Assembly (NCBI GenBank): GCA_951406725.2 | Contig: OX597837.1 | Location: 744,001-808,000, forward strand | From: Octopus vulgaris | Lineage: Eukaryota | Direction: 5' to 3' | DNA length: 64,000 nucleotides | Shown here: piece by piece, positions 26,445 through 41,430 of the stretch | How positions within the stretch are numbered: position 1 is the first letter of the stretch | Layout: each line of letters begins with the position of its first letter | Position numbers and translations under genes: made by a program | Notes under the pieces: model-generated | What the model was told of the DNA's origin: nothing | What the model saw: only the letters and a program-made list of their open reading frames with translations | Database searches by the model: none

Positions 26445-27490
26445 TTCCAATTGCCCCTGACATTACTAGTGGAGGAGTAAAAGGTCTCTAAGGTGCGTCT
26501 GCAATCGATGTTGTCTGAGTCAAGGGACACTGAACACCAAGTAAGGCAGCTGGAAGATGAGAGGCGTCTGGGTCACGCAGAGCAACAAGCACAGCAGGGT
26601 CGGTGGCTGAATTGGGATGATATCGAAAAGCTGGAGTTGAAGTGGTCTGATGGGTGGTGGTTGAGTGCAGAGCATTTGAAAACTCTGATCCGAACTGCGT
26701 ATGATGTGCATCCGTCTCCAGCAAATCTCAAAAAATGGGTATCCGGAATCCACAGTGCCACTTGTGTGGGAAGTATGGCAGCCTCAAGCACATGCTGTCA
26801 GCTTGCCCAAAAGCACTCCGGTCTGGATGGTATACATTTAGACATAATTTAGTGCTAAACGTTGTTGCTTTGGTTGCAAGAGAAGGTCAAGTGCCTGAAC
26901 TGAGCTTGTGCAAGACAGCATTTGTGAAGCAAGGTGTGAGGCCGAAGAGACAGAAACCTGAGCAGGCTGAAGAAAAGAAATGGGAGGTGTTCGTGGACAA
27001 GCCATTGCCTGAAAGTATCGTGTCAGCACTCATGCCCGACCTGGTTTGGTAGATGAGGGTCAGAGAGGTGTGGTCCTTGGGGAGGTCATTGTGCCATGGG
27101 AGGAGAGCATAGCTGAGGCCCATGAGCGGAAGCTGTTGGGCTATGAAGAGCTGGTAGCTGAGATTCGGGAGAAGGGTTACATCTGTGAGCTGGTTGCGTT
27201 CGAGGTCGGCTGCAGGGGTTTCCCAGCAGCTTCGCTCAGAAGGTTTCCGAATGTGGCTGATGTATCTGCTGCGAGGAGGATCATCAAGGAATGTGGGGAG
27301 AAACCAGTTGAGGGTAATGCTTGAATTACCAGAAGGTTTATGAATGCGTGTGAGGCCACAGAACTGCCATGAGTCCGGCTGCAACGCAATACGTCCACCG
27401 TGTGGAGAGATACTGAGTTTAATGGGCCGAAATCGTGTCGAAGCACGGCACTCAGCTGATGATTGCAGCCGGACGAGAAATGGAGCACTT
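26445..27490 (+). pseudogene. Hero-like (RLE-clade) non-LTR retrotransposon, 5'-truncated: zinc knuckle + restriction-like endonuclease + 3' UTR
   Basis: QGRWLNWD..LIRTAYDVHPSPANLKKW, CHLCGKYGSLKHMLSAC (CCHC), YTFRHNLVL, PDLVW and EVIVPWEE..AHERKL..YEEL..FEVGCRGF across frameshifts. It begins right after (TA)n. Confidence 0.9.
27373..27474 (+). ncRNA. Candidate pseudoknotted / permuted hammerhead-like RNA in Hero 3' UTR
   Basis: Contains GAT-A (27409-12), GAAATC (27429-34) and CTGATGA (27456-62), plus five complementary segment pairs (see findings). Confidence 0.55.
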
Positions 27491-27713
27491 GGTGTTTTCT
27501 TCTACTATATACATTATCTTTAACAATACATAATAATGACTTTTATTACTTTTACTCGTACCTCAGTTCATCTAATTGCATATACCTATCGTTACTTTTC
27601 ATAAAAAGCCTTTACTTTTTCTGATTTCCAATGTGCATTTTCGCTTATTTTTCTTCTTACTTTTCCCTTACATTTCCACGTGTAATTTCTATTTTCTTTT
27701 TGTAACATATTTC

Positions 27714-27754
<41 letters not shown>

Positions 27755-28546
27755 CCTATTTAGATGAGAACAAGTCGAAAGACAAAATCTCATACGATAT
27801 TTACGTTCTACGTTCAAATCACGTTCTCGTCAACTTCGCTTTTTATCATTTTCTGTATGCAAAAAAAAAAAAATAAATAAATAAAAACAAGAAAAAATGA
27901 GTAGAGAATTTGAAGGCCTATATCTTTGTTGTACTTATTTAAGTTATGAGATTGCGGCCATGCTGGGGTGCAGCCTTGAAGAATTTTAGGCAAACGAATC
28001 GACCTCAGTACCTGTTTATTTCTTTTTAAAATTCTGGTACTTAATTTATTGATCTCCTTTGCGGAACCACTACGTTACGGGGATGTGAACACACCGATAC
28101 CGGTTGACAAGCAGTGTTGAGGGACAGACACAAATCCAAGGACACACAGACGCGACGACACGAGTATGCACACACACACACATACACAACAGGTTTCTTT
28201 CAGTTTCCGTCTACCAAATCTACTTGGCAAGGCTTTGGCTATAGTGGAAGATAAACCAAAGTGCCACACAGTGGTGGAACTGAACCCTGAACCACGTTGC
28301 CAGGAACTTCTTACCACCCAAACACATCTGCGCCTATATTATGTACGTGTGTGTGTGTTTGTGTGTGTGAGTGTAATATTAATCGACAGTCCGACAAATA
28401 GCACATTCCGGTTTTCGAAGCTTCCGATTTTCTCAATTCCATTAAATCATCTTCTGAACTGCCCAGTATGAAGAGAGAGGCGAGTTCATTCCCTGTATTT
28501 AGCATATAATGGAGACGATGTATAAATCCTAGGCTGATAAAGTATA

Positions 28547-28799
28547 CAGTAATCCCTCGTCATATCGCGGTTCACCTATCGCGGTTTATTATTTAAACAT
28601 ACCTTGGTACTTCTGTGGTGTTGTTCTGCATATAAATGCAGAACAACACCACAATATACACAAATAAAACAAAAATACACAAATTATAAAAATAATTAAA
28701 AGATATACAGTACAGTTTTGTTTCGACTTCGCGGATTTTCACCTATCGCGGGGGTGGATGGTGGGTGGAAGTAAACCCGCGATAGTCGAGGGATTACTG
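28547..28799. mobile_element. pogo/Tigger-type MITE
   Basis: TIRs CAGTAATCCCTCG / CGAGGGATTACTG with TA target duplications at 28545-46 and 28800-01. Internal palindrome TGTGGTGTTGTTCTGCAT..ATGCAGAACAACACCACA. Confidence 0.92.
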
Positions 28800-29087
28800 T
28801 AGTGTTATATGTCCCTTCAACAAGAAGCGAAAGCGACAAAGCCTTCTCTGCCACCACCACCACCAACTCAAGACAAGCCCTCCTTCTTCCCTTCGTCGTC
28901 GCCATCAACCACACAGCGACAACATTAGCAACAACAACAACAACAACGAACCGCTTACCTGTAACAATGTACACGTGATTTTACAAATACTGATTAATAA
29001 ACGTTTTCACACCTATTACACACTGCCTAACACACAAACGCATATATGCATATTTAGCGTCCAAATTGGGTGGTGAATTTGTCAGCG

Positions 29088-29155
29088 GACAGTTTAGCTC
29101 AATGGTAAAGCACTCGGCCGGAGTCTTTGAGGGACATGGGTTCGAGTCCTTGTAA
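29088..29155 (+). pseudogene. tRNA-like relic / SINE head
   Basis: A-box TAGCTCAATGGT and B-box GGTTCGAGTCC. There is no acceptor stem. Confidence 0.6.
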
Positions 29156-29339
29156 GAGTAAATTACCCATTATATCTGCTGTTCTAGCGGCAACTCTACG
29201 TTCGAAAAAATATCTTCTTACACATTTTCGGCGCTACTAATAAAAAGAAACAACAAATATCTATTCGTTTACATACACACATTATTTATCTTATTGTTCC
29301 AATCATAGTCGCAGTTCCACTCCATACTCTGCCTTTTAG

Positions 29340-29690
29340 ATCTTGACAGAAAATGATGGACCCAGGTCTCATCTCCTGTGGCTATTCTCTCCAAAGAGCT
29401 TCGCCTTCATCGTTGTTGCCGTTGACTCAGCGTTGACAGATCTCCACACGATTGCTCTTATGCGTTTCGGTAAGTTAACTTGGAATCCATTCCACACTGA
29501 CTTTACAGAATTAAAGCTTGTCATAGAGGATTTCGTATGCAAAAAAATGACTAATATGCTGGGAAAACTGCATCTCATCGTTGGTTACTGGTCGTTTCGC
29601 CAGAACCATCTTTCGCGCTTGTTCAATCTCCACGTCAGTGGTGAAAATTGATGGGTGTCCTCCTGCCCCCTCATGCGTCATATTGTAGAG
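29340..29690 (-). pseudogene. mariner transposase relic
   Basis: YEILYDKL*FCKVSVEWIPS*LTETHKSNRVEICQR...EGEALWRIATGDETWVHHF contains the mariner WVP(H)EL linker and first catalytic TGDETW motif, with multiple stops. Confidence 0.9.
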
Positions 29691-31683
29691 CGCTCTCCCC
29701 GTATTATATAGAAAACTTGTAATAAATTTCAGCCCCTGGAACATCGTCACACCCAAATAAATCTGATCATAGGTCTCTGGTCTTCCTTGGTGAACAGTGC
29801 TAACGGAGCAGCCGTGTTCACAACGTAGCGCAAGAAAGAAAACTGGAGCGATGAAAGTCAGACCTCAGTTTGGTAACCATAAGAGTTCTACCTATTAGCC
29901 CGTATACGCTGAAAGCAATGTGGCCAACCTCAAGAAAGTACGGATGTTTTACTTTCTCCTTTATGTATGTCTGTATGTGTGCAGTTTTGTATGTTTGTAT
30001 GTGTGTGTATTTATGTATATGTTGGTGTGTTTAAGTCCCCGTAACTTAGAGGTTTGGCAAGAGAAACCGAAAGAATAAGTACTAGGCTTACAAAGTCCTG
30101 GGGTCGATTTTTCGACTAAAAGCGGTGCTCCAGCATGGCTGCAGTCAAATAACTAAACAAGTAAAAGTATAAAAGAATATGTATGTATATATTTATGTAT
30201 ATGTTCGTATGTATGTATATGTGTGTGTGTATATGTATGTTATTTTTTCTTCAAATTTGGTTGGCCAAAGTTTTTCTGTCATGTTTTTGCCATAAGGACA
30301 TATAGCATAGTTCAGGTTAAGATAAGTCGGAATACTTTTTATCTTTGTATCGCAATTAATCCAGAAATTACCTAGAGGTATACAACAGCAACAATAATAA
30401 AAATAACATCATTAATAACAACAGTCCTACTGACCCTAATTATAACATACATACACACACACATGCATGCATTTATACAAATATACATATACGTATATAT
30501 ATATATATATATATATAGTGTAATAAATAAAATATATGCATACATACAAACATATATGTACGTACCGATATCTATATATATATATAAGTGTGTGTGTGTG
30601 TGGATACCAGTTGCGAATAATAGAAAAAAGTCACACTAACAGCAGTGCCTAAAAAACATCTCCGTAGCAAACACCTGCTGCACTAAATATTCTGTTGAAA
30701 ACCAAATTAGAGGTTATAAATTGGCTTGGATCACATTGTGCTGGAGTTGTTGTTGTTACTGATGTTATTGCTGTCGTTGTAATTAGAGGTGTTAATATAC
30801 AACGTTATGTATGTGCCTATTTCGGAGAGAATATGTGTGATGATATGTGTGCATATAGAGAGAAGTGTACGTCTATATGTTTTATATATGCGTATCTGTC
30901 GGAGGTTGGGTGAGGGGTGTATAAGTTTGGACAGCAATACTTAAATGTCTGTCAGTATGTCTGTCTAATTGTTTGAGTGTATGTAGGTATGCATGCATTA
31001 ATTAGTATGTATGTCCAATTATCTATCAGACTGTCAATACACGTACGGACCTACACACTTGTGCATGCATGTATGTAGTATATACGTACGAACGGGCTCA
31101 CGTACGTAGGTACGTATATACATACATACATGTGTAAGTATGTATGTATGTTTGTATGAATGTTTGTATGTATGTCTCTATTTATCAACTTACCCATCCA
31201 TCTATCTGTCTATCCGTCTATGATTCAAACGATCTCATTCTCTTTCTATTTATTCTATAACAATTTACTATTTGCGTCAAAAATTCTACTTCTCGTACTC
31301 TGTATATAAAAATGTATATATATATATATATATATATATGCATGTGTATGTATGAATGGTGTGTGTGGAGGAGGTTGTGTACGTTCAAACGCCCACACAC
31401 ATACATACACAGCATAGATGTATATAACTGAATTAAACAAACACAAGGGAATACACATAACATATGGTCACACACACACAAATCTCACAGGAGCACATAC
31501 ACACAGTCACGCATACACACATTTATAGAGAGAAGAAATCAAACTTATGTAATTAATGAAGTGTTTTTCCACGACCTCTCAGCGAAAAATCAGAGCAAAA
31601 ATTTCACTGGAAAATATTTCGATAGGTTTTTTTTTCTGTTCTTCAAAATATATTCATATATCACTCTCTCTCTCCCACACTCT

Positions 31684-31727
<44 letters not shown>

Positions 31728-32001
31728 TCTTTTCTACTAATATACGCTCACCTGTAAGTTTGTATTCATATAAACATATGCAAGCTCACAAATACTCGCA
31801 GACATGCATAGGTGTGGGTGTGAGCGTGTGTGTATGCTTGTGAGTGTATGTATATATACATACATAATATATACACACTCACACATACATATATATATAT
31901 ATTCCCATACAAATCTATATTGTTGTATGTATCCGTATTCATATGTAATGATATTATTATTTATAATACCCATACTTCTTTATGCGTGTATATATACATG
32001 T

Positions 32002-32058
<57 letters not shown>

Positions 32059-32470
32059 TGTGCGCGTGAGCGTGTAATCTTTATCTTTTATTTTATCAAA
32101 AATCGTATTTTTTCTTCAGCTTTCCATTCACTTATATAAAACGTTAAATTGGATGCGATTTTCTTCTTCTTCTTCTTCTTCTTCTTCTTCTTCTTCTTCT
32201 TCTTCTTCTTCTTCTTCTTCTTCTTCTTCTTCTTCTTCTTCTTCTTCTTCTTCTTCTTCTTCTTCTTCTTCTTCTTCTCCTCCACTTCATCATTATCATC
32301 ATCATCACCATTCCTCTCGAGCTTCTAATTTCATTATATTCAACCGCCTCGTTTTCTTTCTATTTCTACAAAAATTTCTTTTTTCCTTCCGTGTTTTTCA
32401 TTGAAAGAGATTTCTTGGGCAAAGCGACAAGAAATTATGTATATATATATGTATATATATATATATGTAA

Positions 32471-32527
<57 letters not shown>

Positions 32528-32986
32528 TATATATATGTAGATATATATATATATATAGGTAGGTAGGTAGATAGATAAATAGATATATAGATACACATTA
32601 GGTATGTTGTTGTACAGTTTCGTTGTAGGCGAATCTCTACATTTAAGAATCGATGCTTGTGTGTAACTATTGTGTGTGTCTTCGTGCAGGCATGCGCGCG
32701 CACACGCGTCAGTATGTGTTGTGCGAGCGTTCGTGTGAGCGTGTCTACGTGTGTGTGTGTAAGGGATGTGTGCATTCCTATTTGCATACTTTTGTGCAGG
32801 TTTGTTGCAAAAACTCTGTGTGTATTTCTAATTAACGGTTTTTACCTCAACACAGGGAAGCGTAACACACACAGAAACACACACTATTAGAATCAGTCCC
32901 AACAGAATTACTATTATTTGTACAAAAACGTGTGTATACGTGTCTAAAGCTACATATGAATATATATGAATATATATTAATATATG

Positions 32987-33030
<44 letters not shown>

Positions 33031-33036
33031 TTGTAT

Positions 33037-33067
<31 letters not shown>

Positions 33068-33364
33068 CATGTATACATGTATATATACATTTATACCCGT
33101 AGATACATATGTGTGCATATACATATATTTAAATGCAGTTTAACCATTTTTAACAAGATCTATGCTAAAGTAAATAGTTAATTATTGCAACCACGTTTCT
33201 TCATACACACAGACTTAACGAAAATATATAGAGTTATACATACAAACATATATATATATATATGTGTGTATGTGTGTGTGTGCTTTTATTGTATATATAT
33301 ATACATATCATATATATATATATATATGTACATGTATTGTGTATATATATATGTGTGTGCTTGT

Positions 33365-33403
<39 letters not shown>

Positions 33404-33452
33404 GTGCATATATATATATAAATATATAGATATATATCCATATATATGTATG

Positions 33453-33483
<31 letters not shown>

Positions 33484-33596
33484 GCATATTCACATATTTA
33501 TCGTAATGCATATAAATATATATATATACAAAGTGTATAATAATACATAAAAGTCTATACAAATATATACATACATATTCATACATTATATATATA

Positions 33597-33635
<39 letters not shown>

Positions 33636-34299
33636 ATATACGTATATCTTTGTATGGATCTATGTATATCTTTGTATGGACCTATGGTATGTATGTGTGT
33701 GCACGTATGTCTGCATGCGTGTGTGTGTGTTATGTGTACATGTATATATGTGCGTTTGTAGGTATGTATGCATGTAGGTAGTGTGTGTGTGTATCGAGTC
33801 AGCAAATGATGTTGAAAAAATACTTAATTAGGAATATCAAACTTTGTTTACATCATCTTTGACAAATTATTTGTTATATGGTAACGATGTTTTGTGGAAT
33901 GTGTGTCGGAGGTGGGGGTGGAACCGGTGCCGGTGGCAGCGGCGGCAGCTGAGATGGTGGCGAAGATGATTATTGCAGAGCTAGTTATGGTAGTGACGAC
34001 AATAGTCGTCGTGGTGACGGTAGTTCTATGATGGTGTTGCGGTTCTGTTGCCAATAGTGACGATGATAATATCTTTTTTTGTATAGTGTGGAGTGACAGT
34101 GGCTGCGACGGTGGTGGCGGTAGTAATAATCATTGGTGGGTGATTTAGTGGTATTCTCTGTGGTGTACCGCGATGTTATTTGTCATGGTGTTGTATGCAG
34201 TGGAGTAGTAAATGTGGTGTTGCCATGTGTGTAAGGTTGTTGATTTTGTTGTGTTTTGTGTGACTATGATGTGTGTGGTCGTATTGTGTGTGTGTATTA

Positions 34300-34800
34300 A
34301 CATAGGGCGAGGTCAATATACATAGGGCAAAAGCTCGCTCGATCTCGATTTTCAGCACGAATATACATTAACACAGGGCGAGGACAATTGGGCGCAATAT
34401 ATCGTAGCCTTTGAGTTTCAAAATCCTTCAGTGAGTAGTTTGTAGGACTGGAGCAGTTGCAGGTTTCGGACACGGAACAACATCTGTGTAGTTGCATTTT
34501 TGTTTATTTCTGTTGTATCGTTTAAATTTTAAATCAGTTCTCTCTAGGCAGGTATGATTTACCTTAACGTTGTGTAGATTAAAATGTTCCTGGTACTTAT
34601 GGTGCCTTTGAAAGTACTTTCCAAATTGGGGAAGCAAGTTTCTAGTTGATTGAATTGGAAATTGATTCAGGTTAAATATTTCTTTCTATGCGGAGGGTAG
34701 GAGAATCCTGCATACATTCTAACATTTCTTTAACGTCACATTGTAAAGAATTGCATCACTGTTTGAGTTATCCATTCTACGATAAATGAGATATTATATT
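34300..34800 (-). pseudogene. Penelope-like element relic (linker + start of GIY-YIG endonuclease)
   Basis: PYSSA..KYFQRHHKYQEHFNLHNVKV..TC..KCN...CP...VLMYIRAE..MYIDL resembles PLE PP(Y/F)S..K.FP..HK...FN..N.K.SYSC..CNC..CP..VVY.A..YIG. Confidence 0.65.
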
Positions 34801-35756
34801 AATAATACTACATATTTAGTTTCTAATAATAGCTAAGCTTTCAGTTCCTATGGAGGCGTACAGTTTTCACGGTAAATTATCGACTGGGATGGTATATATT
34901 CTTTCTTGGTTTGGGGTGATATTAAAAAATGTCGACCCCAGTTAAGCCACTGCTGAAACCCTATTACCGGTCCACAGGGACGATGCTGTCTTTCAAATGC
35001 GGTGACATTACATTAATGCAAACGGATCTGATGACTTCATAAAAGGGACCACACAATATATGCACTCCTTCAGGTGCACGAACTGAGTAATTTCCGCTTC
35101 CATCTCCCGTTTCATCGATAGACTCCGTAAGGAAAGAAACGGTTTCATAGAACATCTTTAGTAGAGACTCCCCTTACTCATCTGGAGCTCTCCTTCTAAG
35201 GGAAGCTCCATAGATTGCCGAAGCCTAGTGTATATATTAACAGGAAAACTAATCCATCATTTCTTTGCCATCAAGGAAATGCAATGCTTATTAACTTCAC
35301 CTCAGATCCATACTTGTTATTACCTTAGAAATAACTATTCAACAAGGTCTGGCCCATAGGCAAATTCACTGGGAGTTTATTTGTCTTGCACTACCACCAA
35401 CGCTGCCTAACACTGGTGAAAACATGTAAAAGAAAGAGGCACAACATAAAACAATAAGTAATCCATCACTGCTAGATTAATAACTTCGCCACGTGGAACA
35501 GTGGCAGGAGGCATACGTCTGATTCCATTGTTATTGAACTGTAAGACTTCATGGGACCATAAACAAGGTCATTTGATGTCGCTGAACTGTCAACTTCAAC
35601 ATGTGACATCACTCAACAAATAGAAGCCTTCCCCTCTTTACATCCGGAAGCTATATTTTTCTCTTCATTAATTGGATCACAAGGGCTCTAAAAAGGTGGA
35701 CATACAGATTTAAATTTATAAAACATGACGTACTGCAGGAATAAATAGACCTGTTG

Positions 35757-35831
<75 letters not shown>

Positions 35832-36589
35832 CAATCATATAGGACGCTGGATAGATAAATGAAATATCTGACAATATCTATAAAGATCTATTTATACGTG
35901 TATGTATATATGTATATTAAATCTAATGATAGATACATATATATGTATATATATATATTAATTTATATATATATATAATTGTATGTATATGTGCGTTTTA
36001 CATATATGTATGTATATAGATTTACGTACATGTATATACATATAGACACTCAAACATATATAAATGCACACGCAAATAGATACATATAATCTAAAGAAAA
36101 ATAAGGTGTGTGTGTGTGTGTGTCTGTGTGTACGTATGTCTCCTATCTTTTATGAGAAATTATTCAGATTGTTTTCCTTATCGATTTCTCCAATCGTCTG
36201 GAACGTTCTTTGACCCATCCATTCAAATGTGACATAATTCGATAGTGTGCGTCTGTGAGTGTCTGTTTGTGAGTGCGTTGAGGTTGTGTGTGTATGCATC
36301 GTATATAATATGTGTGTTTGTGTGTGTACTTATACTGCGTGATTAATTTTTGATGACGTGTGAGTGGTTTGTATGGCGTTTGGTGTCTATTTCTGTATTT
36401 CTTCGTATGTGTGGGGTATACATTTCTGTATAGTGTTGTTTGTGCATAAAGATACATTTGTATATGTGTATGAGGTATGTGCATGTGTGTGGTTGGTGAG
36501 AGAGTGTATGTGAAAAACAGGAGTGTTGCCATAAAAACAGGGAAACCTGATGACTATCTCTCACGTACGCATGGATTTCTATCTATCTA

Positions 36590-36672
<83 letters not shown>

Positions 36673-37109
36673 ATGTATACGAGTGTGTGTGTGTGTGTAT
36701 GTGTCTGTACACGCACGCGCTCGTTTGCTCTTAAGGCTCATTACATACACATAATACCCTTAAACCGTACTTACGCATACATACATATGCACACACATAC
36801 ACACATGTATCTGTGTTTGTTTTATATCCAGTTTATAATAAAAACAATCTTATATTAATCCGAATGGTTACTCCATACGTTAGTAGAGTACAAATTTATC
36901 ATTCTGCAACAAGAATGGTATTGACAGAGACTTCGAAGTCTTGGCCAGCTAAGCCATCATCGGACTATCCGGTGATGGCTTGTTAGAGAATAGTTAATAT
37001 ATATCCATCCATCCGTCCGTCCATCCATCCATCCATCCGTCCATCCATCCATCCATCCATCCATCCATCCATCCATCCATCCATCCATCCATCTATCTAT
37101 CTATCTATC

Positions 37110-37140
<31 letters not shown>

Positions 37141-37646
37141 AAGAGTGTGTGCGTACGTGCGTATATTTATTCTTTTAAACCGCTCCAGATCTATTGAAGC
37201 TCAACTCAAAGCAATTATACCCACAAATTCTATAGAGAGATTTATTCTCAGGCATAAATTCCTGCTGTTAATGCCTTTCGCATTCTAGCGTAGAGAACTG
37301 TATCAAATATATATATATCACATGGTTTCGAGGTGTATACCTATGTCTAAAATAACTGCCTATGTACATGTGCACGTGTGTGTATGTATGTGTGTTTGTG
37401 TCTGTCTGTGTATTATACGTGTGTGTGTTTGTGTCTTTGTTTGTCCCCATCACTTGACATCGGGTGTTGTTGTGTTTATGTCCACATAGCTTAACATTCG
37501 GCAAGAGAGAACGATAGAATAAATACTAGGTTCAAAAAGAGAAAAGAAAATCCTGGGATCGATTTCTCCAACTAAAACCCTTCGGGGCGGAACCCCAGCA
37601 TGGCCGGAGTCAAAATGTGAAACAAATAAAGTATAAAAGAATATAT

Positions 37647-37700
<54 letters not shown>

Positions 37701-38850
37701 CCATCATTAAACCAACCCTCGTTCCTTGAACGCGCCTTCTCTTAACTTACTGTACCTTGAAACATATTAGTAGTCCCAAGCATCGCAACTCTCCTATCGT
37801 ATGATGTTTAATTGGATAAGCGCTCGCTTTTACGTGGCCTCATAAAATAAAGTTGAAGTAATTATTAATTTATTGCTAATTAATGAATAATTATATTAAA
37901 TATTTTAGAAGACAGCTGTACAGAAATAAATTTGTGAAAATTTGAAAACCGAAAATTGGTTTTAGATTTAGAGTATATATGTATGTACGTGCATGATTAT
38001 GCATAGGTTTACATATGTGTGTATGTGTGTGTGTACTGAAGGGCTCGTGGCTTAGTGATTAGTGTCTCGTACTCGCGATCGGGAAGTTGTGGTTTCGGTT
38101 CTCGGACCGAGCGATGAGCTGTGTTCTTAACTATAACAATTCATCGAATGTTGCTTTTCGAAGATTTCCATAGCAGACGTTTGGCTCACGGCGTCCCTTT
38201 CCAGGCAATGTCGGCTTGATGGAGGGAGCGTACCCAGTACAAATAGTTGATCACTGTAAACGAATCGTGAAAATTGTCCAACAAACTATTGTGGAAAGCT
38301 CTATCGTCTATGGCATGAGAGTTATATATATATATAATAATAAGATCAAAATCCTTTCACATGCGATAAGTTCATAGGAAGAGCTTCCAGGATTCTATGG
38401 CGTATATATATCGACAACCGGTGTTGGTGTGTTTACGTCACCGTAACTCAGCGGTTCGAAAACAGAACGACAGAATAAATACCAGGCTTTAAAAATGTCC
38501 TGAAGTCGATTTGTTCGACTACTACCCATTCAAGGCGGTACTCCAGTATGGCCGCAGTCAAATGGCTGAAACAAGCAACAGAATAGACGAATAAAAGGAC
38601 AAAAGAATATATATATTCACATACATTCATACACACACACACATGCATCTATCTATCGATATATATATATATATATATTTATACGCACACACACTTCGGA
38701 CTCACTATTTACCATTCCTCGTAAATGCTTAATATGTACTCTACGAAAAAGTATTGAGTAATCTTTCGGTTGAATGTTAAATTGTTTTTATATAAAACTT
38801 GACGTGAAAGCGAACATTACTACATATGTGTGTGTGTGTGTATGTATGTA

Positions 38851-38936
<86 letters not shown>

Positions 38937-39015
38937 CACATATATATATACATATATATACATGTACACACATATATACATATGTATATACATATATATA
39001 TATATAATACATACA

Positions 39016-39065
<50 letters not shown>

Positions 39066-39223
39066 TGTATTTCACCACACACTCGCTCATATACAAACGT
39101 ATACTTACGTACATGTGTATATTTTATGAGTTTGTGTTCTTGAAGTTACAGAGATCGTAAAAAGATATCGTTAACAAGTGGAATTTGATTGTTTCTGCCA
39201 AGATTTCACTCCCAGTGCCGTTC

Positions 39224-39293
<70 letters not shown>

Positions 39294-39500
39294 TGCACAC
39301 ATATATATGTATGTATATTACTTTCGAGATTGACGTTATTGGCCAGTTGAAGAATTTTCTTGAGAAAATATTGGAATGGTCAGCTGATTGATTGACTCAT
39401 CATAAAACTCACAATGTAAACAATTATAACGATGTTGTGTTTGGTGGCTGTCGATGGCCATTATAGATACGGCGATACGATTATAAATACATATATGCAT

Positions 39501-39538
<38 letters not shown>

Positions 39539-40276
39539 GTATGTGTATATATACACATACATACGTGTGTTTATGATTATATGTAAGTATGTATGTATGA
39601 TCTCGTATACTCTTTAATATTTTCCGTCACCAGTAAGAGATTCAGTCTCCAGACCATAAACAAAGATCCTTCATTAACATCTAGTATGGATATATATGTG
39701 TGTATGAATGTATATGCGTGAGGATGTGATTATGTGCAGATGTGTATATGCATCTATGTATCTATGTACATGTATGCATGTATGCATGCACGTTCTGGTG
39801 TAAGTCTATACATACATACATATATGCATAGATTGATAGAAAGTAGGATAGATGGACAGACTGATATATGATTATATTAATGAATGTGTATGTGTGTGTG
39901 CGTCCCCTCTTTAATTGTTAGAATACTTTTGGGAGTCAAAGACTAGTTCCCAAAAGTGAAACAAAATCACATTTTAATTTCGAAAACCACAGCAATAATT
40001 TTCACATACTAAACTTTCAGAAAGTTATGTATATTTCTACCGTTCTACTTACAGATTCTATTTTTAAAGTTCGTAATTGCTTTTTCGTTTGTCCCGTTGT
40101 TTGTCTGAAATTCCAGCTTTTCTTGACGTTTAGTAATATTGACAAATTCTCGAATAAAAATGTCTTAATCCACGTAGCCATGTATGGACCTCCGTTTCTA
40201 AGTCTGCATATCTGTTTGACTGTGGGCATGCGTATTTGTACCTACGTATGTTCGTATGTATGCATATATGTATGTA

Positions 40277-40313
<37 letters not shown>

Positions 40314-41430
40314 ATGTATGTATGTATGTATGTATGTTTGCATGCCAATATTCAGTTTTATTTCAATATTTCTTGTCAATAGAGAAAGATTCGGTTTCTA
40401 ACCTAGATTCAAGGCTTCTCCATTGGAATTTCAACGTCAATAGGGTATTTTGTATGTGTATGTATGTATGTATGTATGTATGTATGTATGTATGTATGTG
40501 TGTATGTATGTATGTGTGTATGTATGTATGTGTGTGTTTGTATTTGTGTATGTGTGTGTATGTATATGTATGTATGTTTGTGTGTATGTATGTTTTTTTC
40601 GTCTGGTGTTATTTGACTTCTTCATAAGAGAGTTCAAACCGGTCAGTAATGTATGTATATCTTCATCTATATAGTCTCTCATTCTTTTACTGCTTTCAGC
40701 CAGAGGCTGGGGCCATGCTACGCATGTCAGCACACCGGTGCTAGTTTGTTGAAATGTTCAGGAGTTCGCTTCGCAACAAGGAAGTCTCAGTTTCGATCTC
40801 CTTGTCAAGCAAATCTAATTTCTATTAACTTCAAGCCAACTAAGGCCTGAGTGTGAATTTGACTCGACGGAAATTGTACGGAAGCCCTGTTATATTGCCT
40901 TTCCTAGCTGTATTTTTGGCATAATTCAGAGAACATTCTTCTTTTTCTGGCACTGAATCCTTATTTTCCTTATTCTTTTTCTTACCATATATTTCTCTGC
41001 TTTGCATGTTTCCTTGAGAAAAAACTTCTGTGAATGTTTTGGCTAATCTCTCTCACTTTTGACAGATTTCTTGTGATATATTATTCTTTCGTCTATTCTC
41101 GTCTAATTCCGGAGTTTTTCAGCGACACCATTAAATTCTGTTTCAGGTCCACCACTTATATTCGAACGTTCTCTTCTTATTGCATCCAGTCTTTTTCTTA
41201 TCTCATTTTATCCAGTTTTGAAACTAAGAGATATAATTATTTCTTAGTTTGTATTTAAAAAAAAACAATAAACAGACACCACATAGCAGATTATCTTCCG
41301 TTGACAAACGAAGAATTTTGATTTGTTTTCTAAATCAATTATGCCGTTTTAATTACTATTATTTTCCGAAGATTTCTTCTTTAGATCCGATGTTACTGCT
41401 TGTCAGCTGTGAAAAAAGTATATACATGTG

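Noticed and set aside
36951-36981. Hairpin AAGCCATCATCGGA-CTA-TCCGGTGATGGCTT
   Set aside because: It is isolated and too short for a pre-miRNA, and bacterial-type terminators are irrelevant in this eukaryotic DNA.
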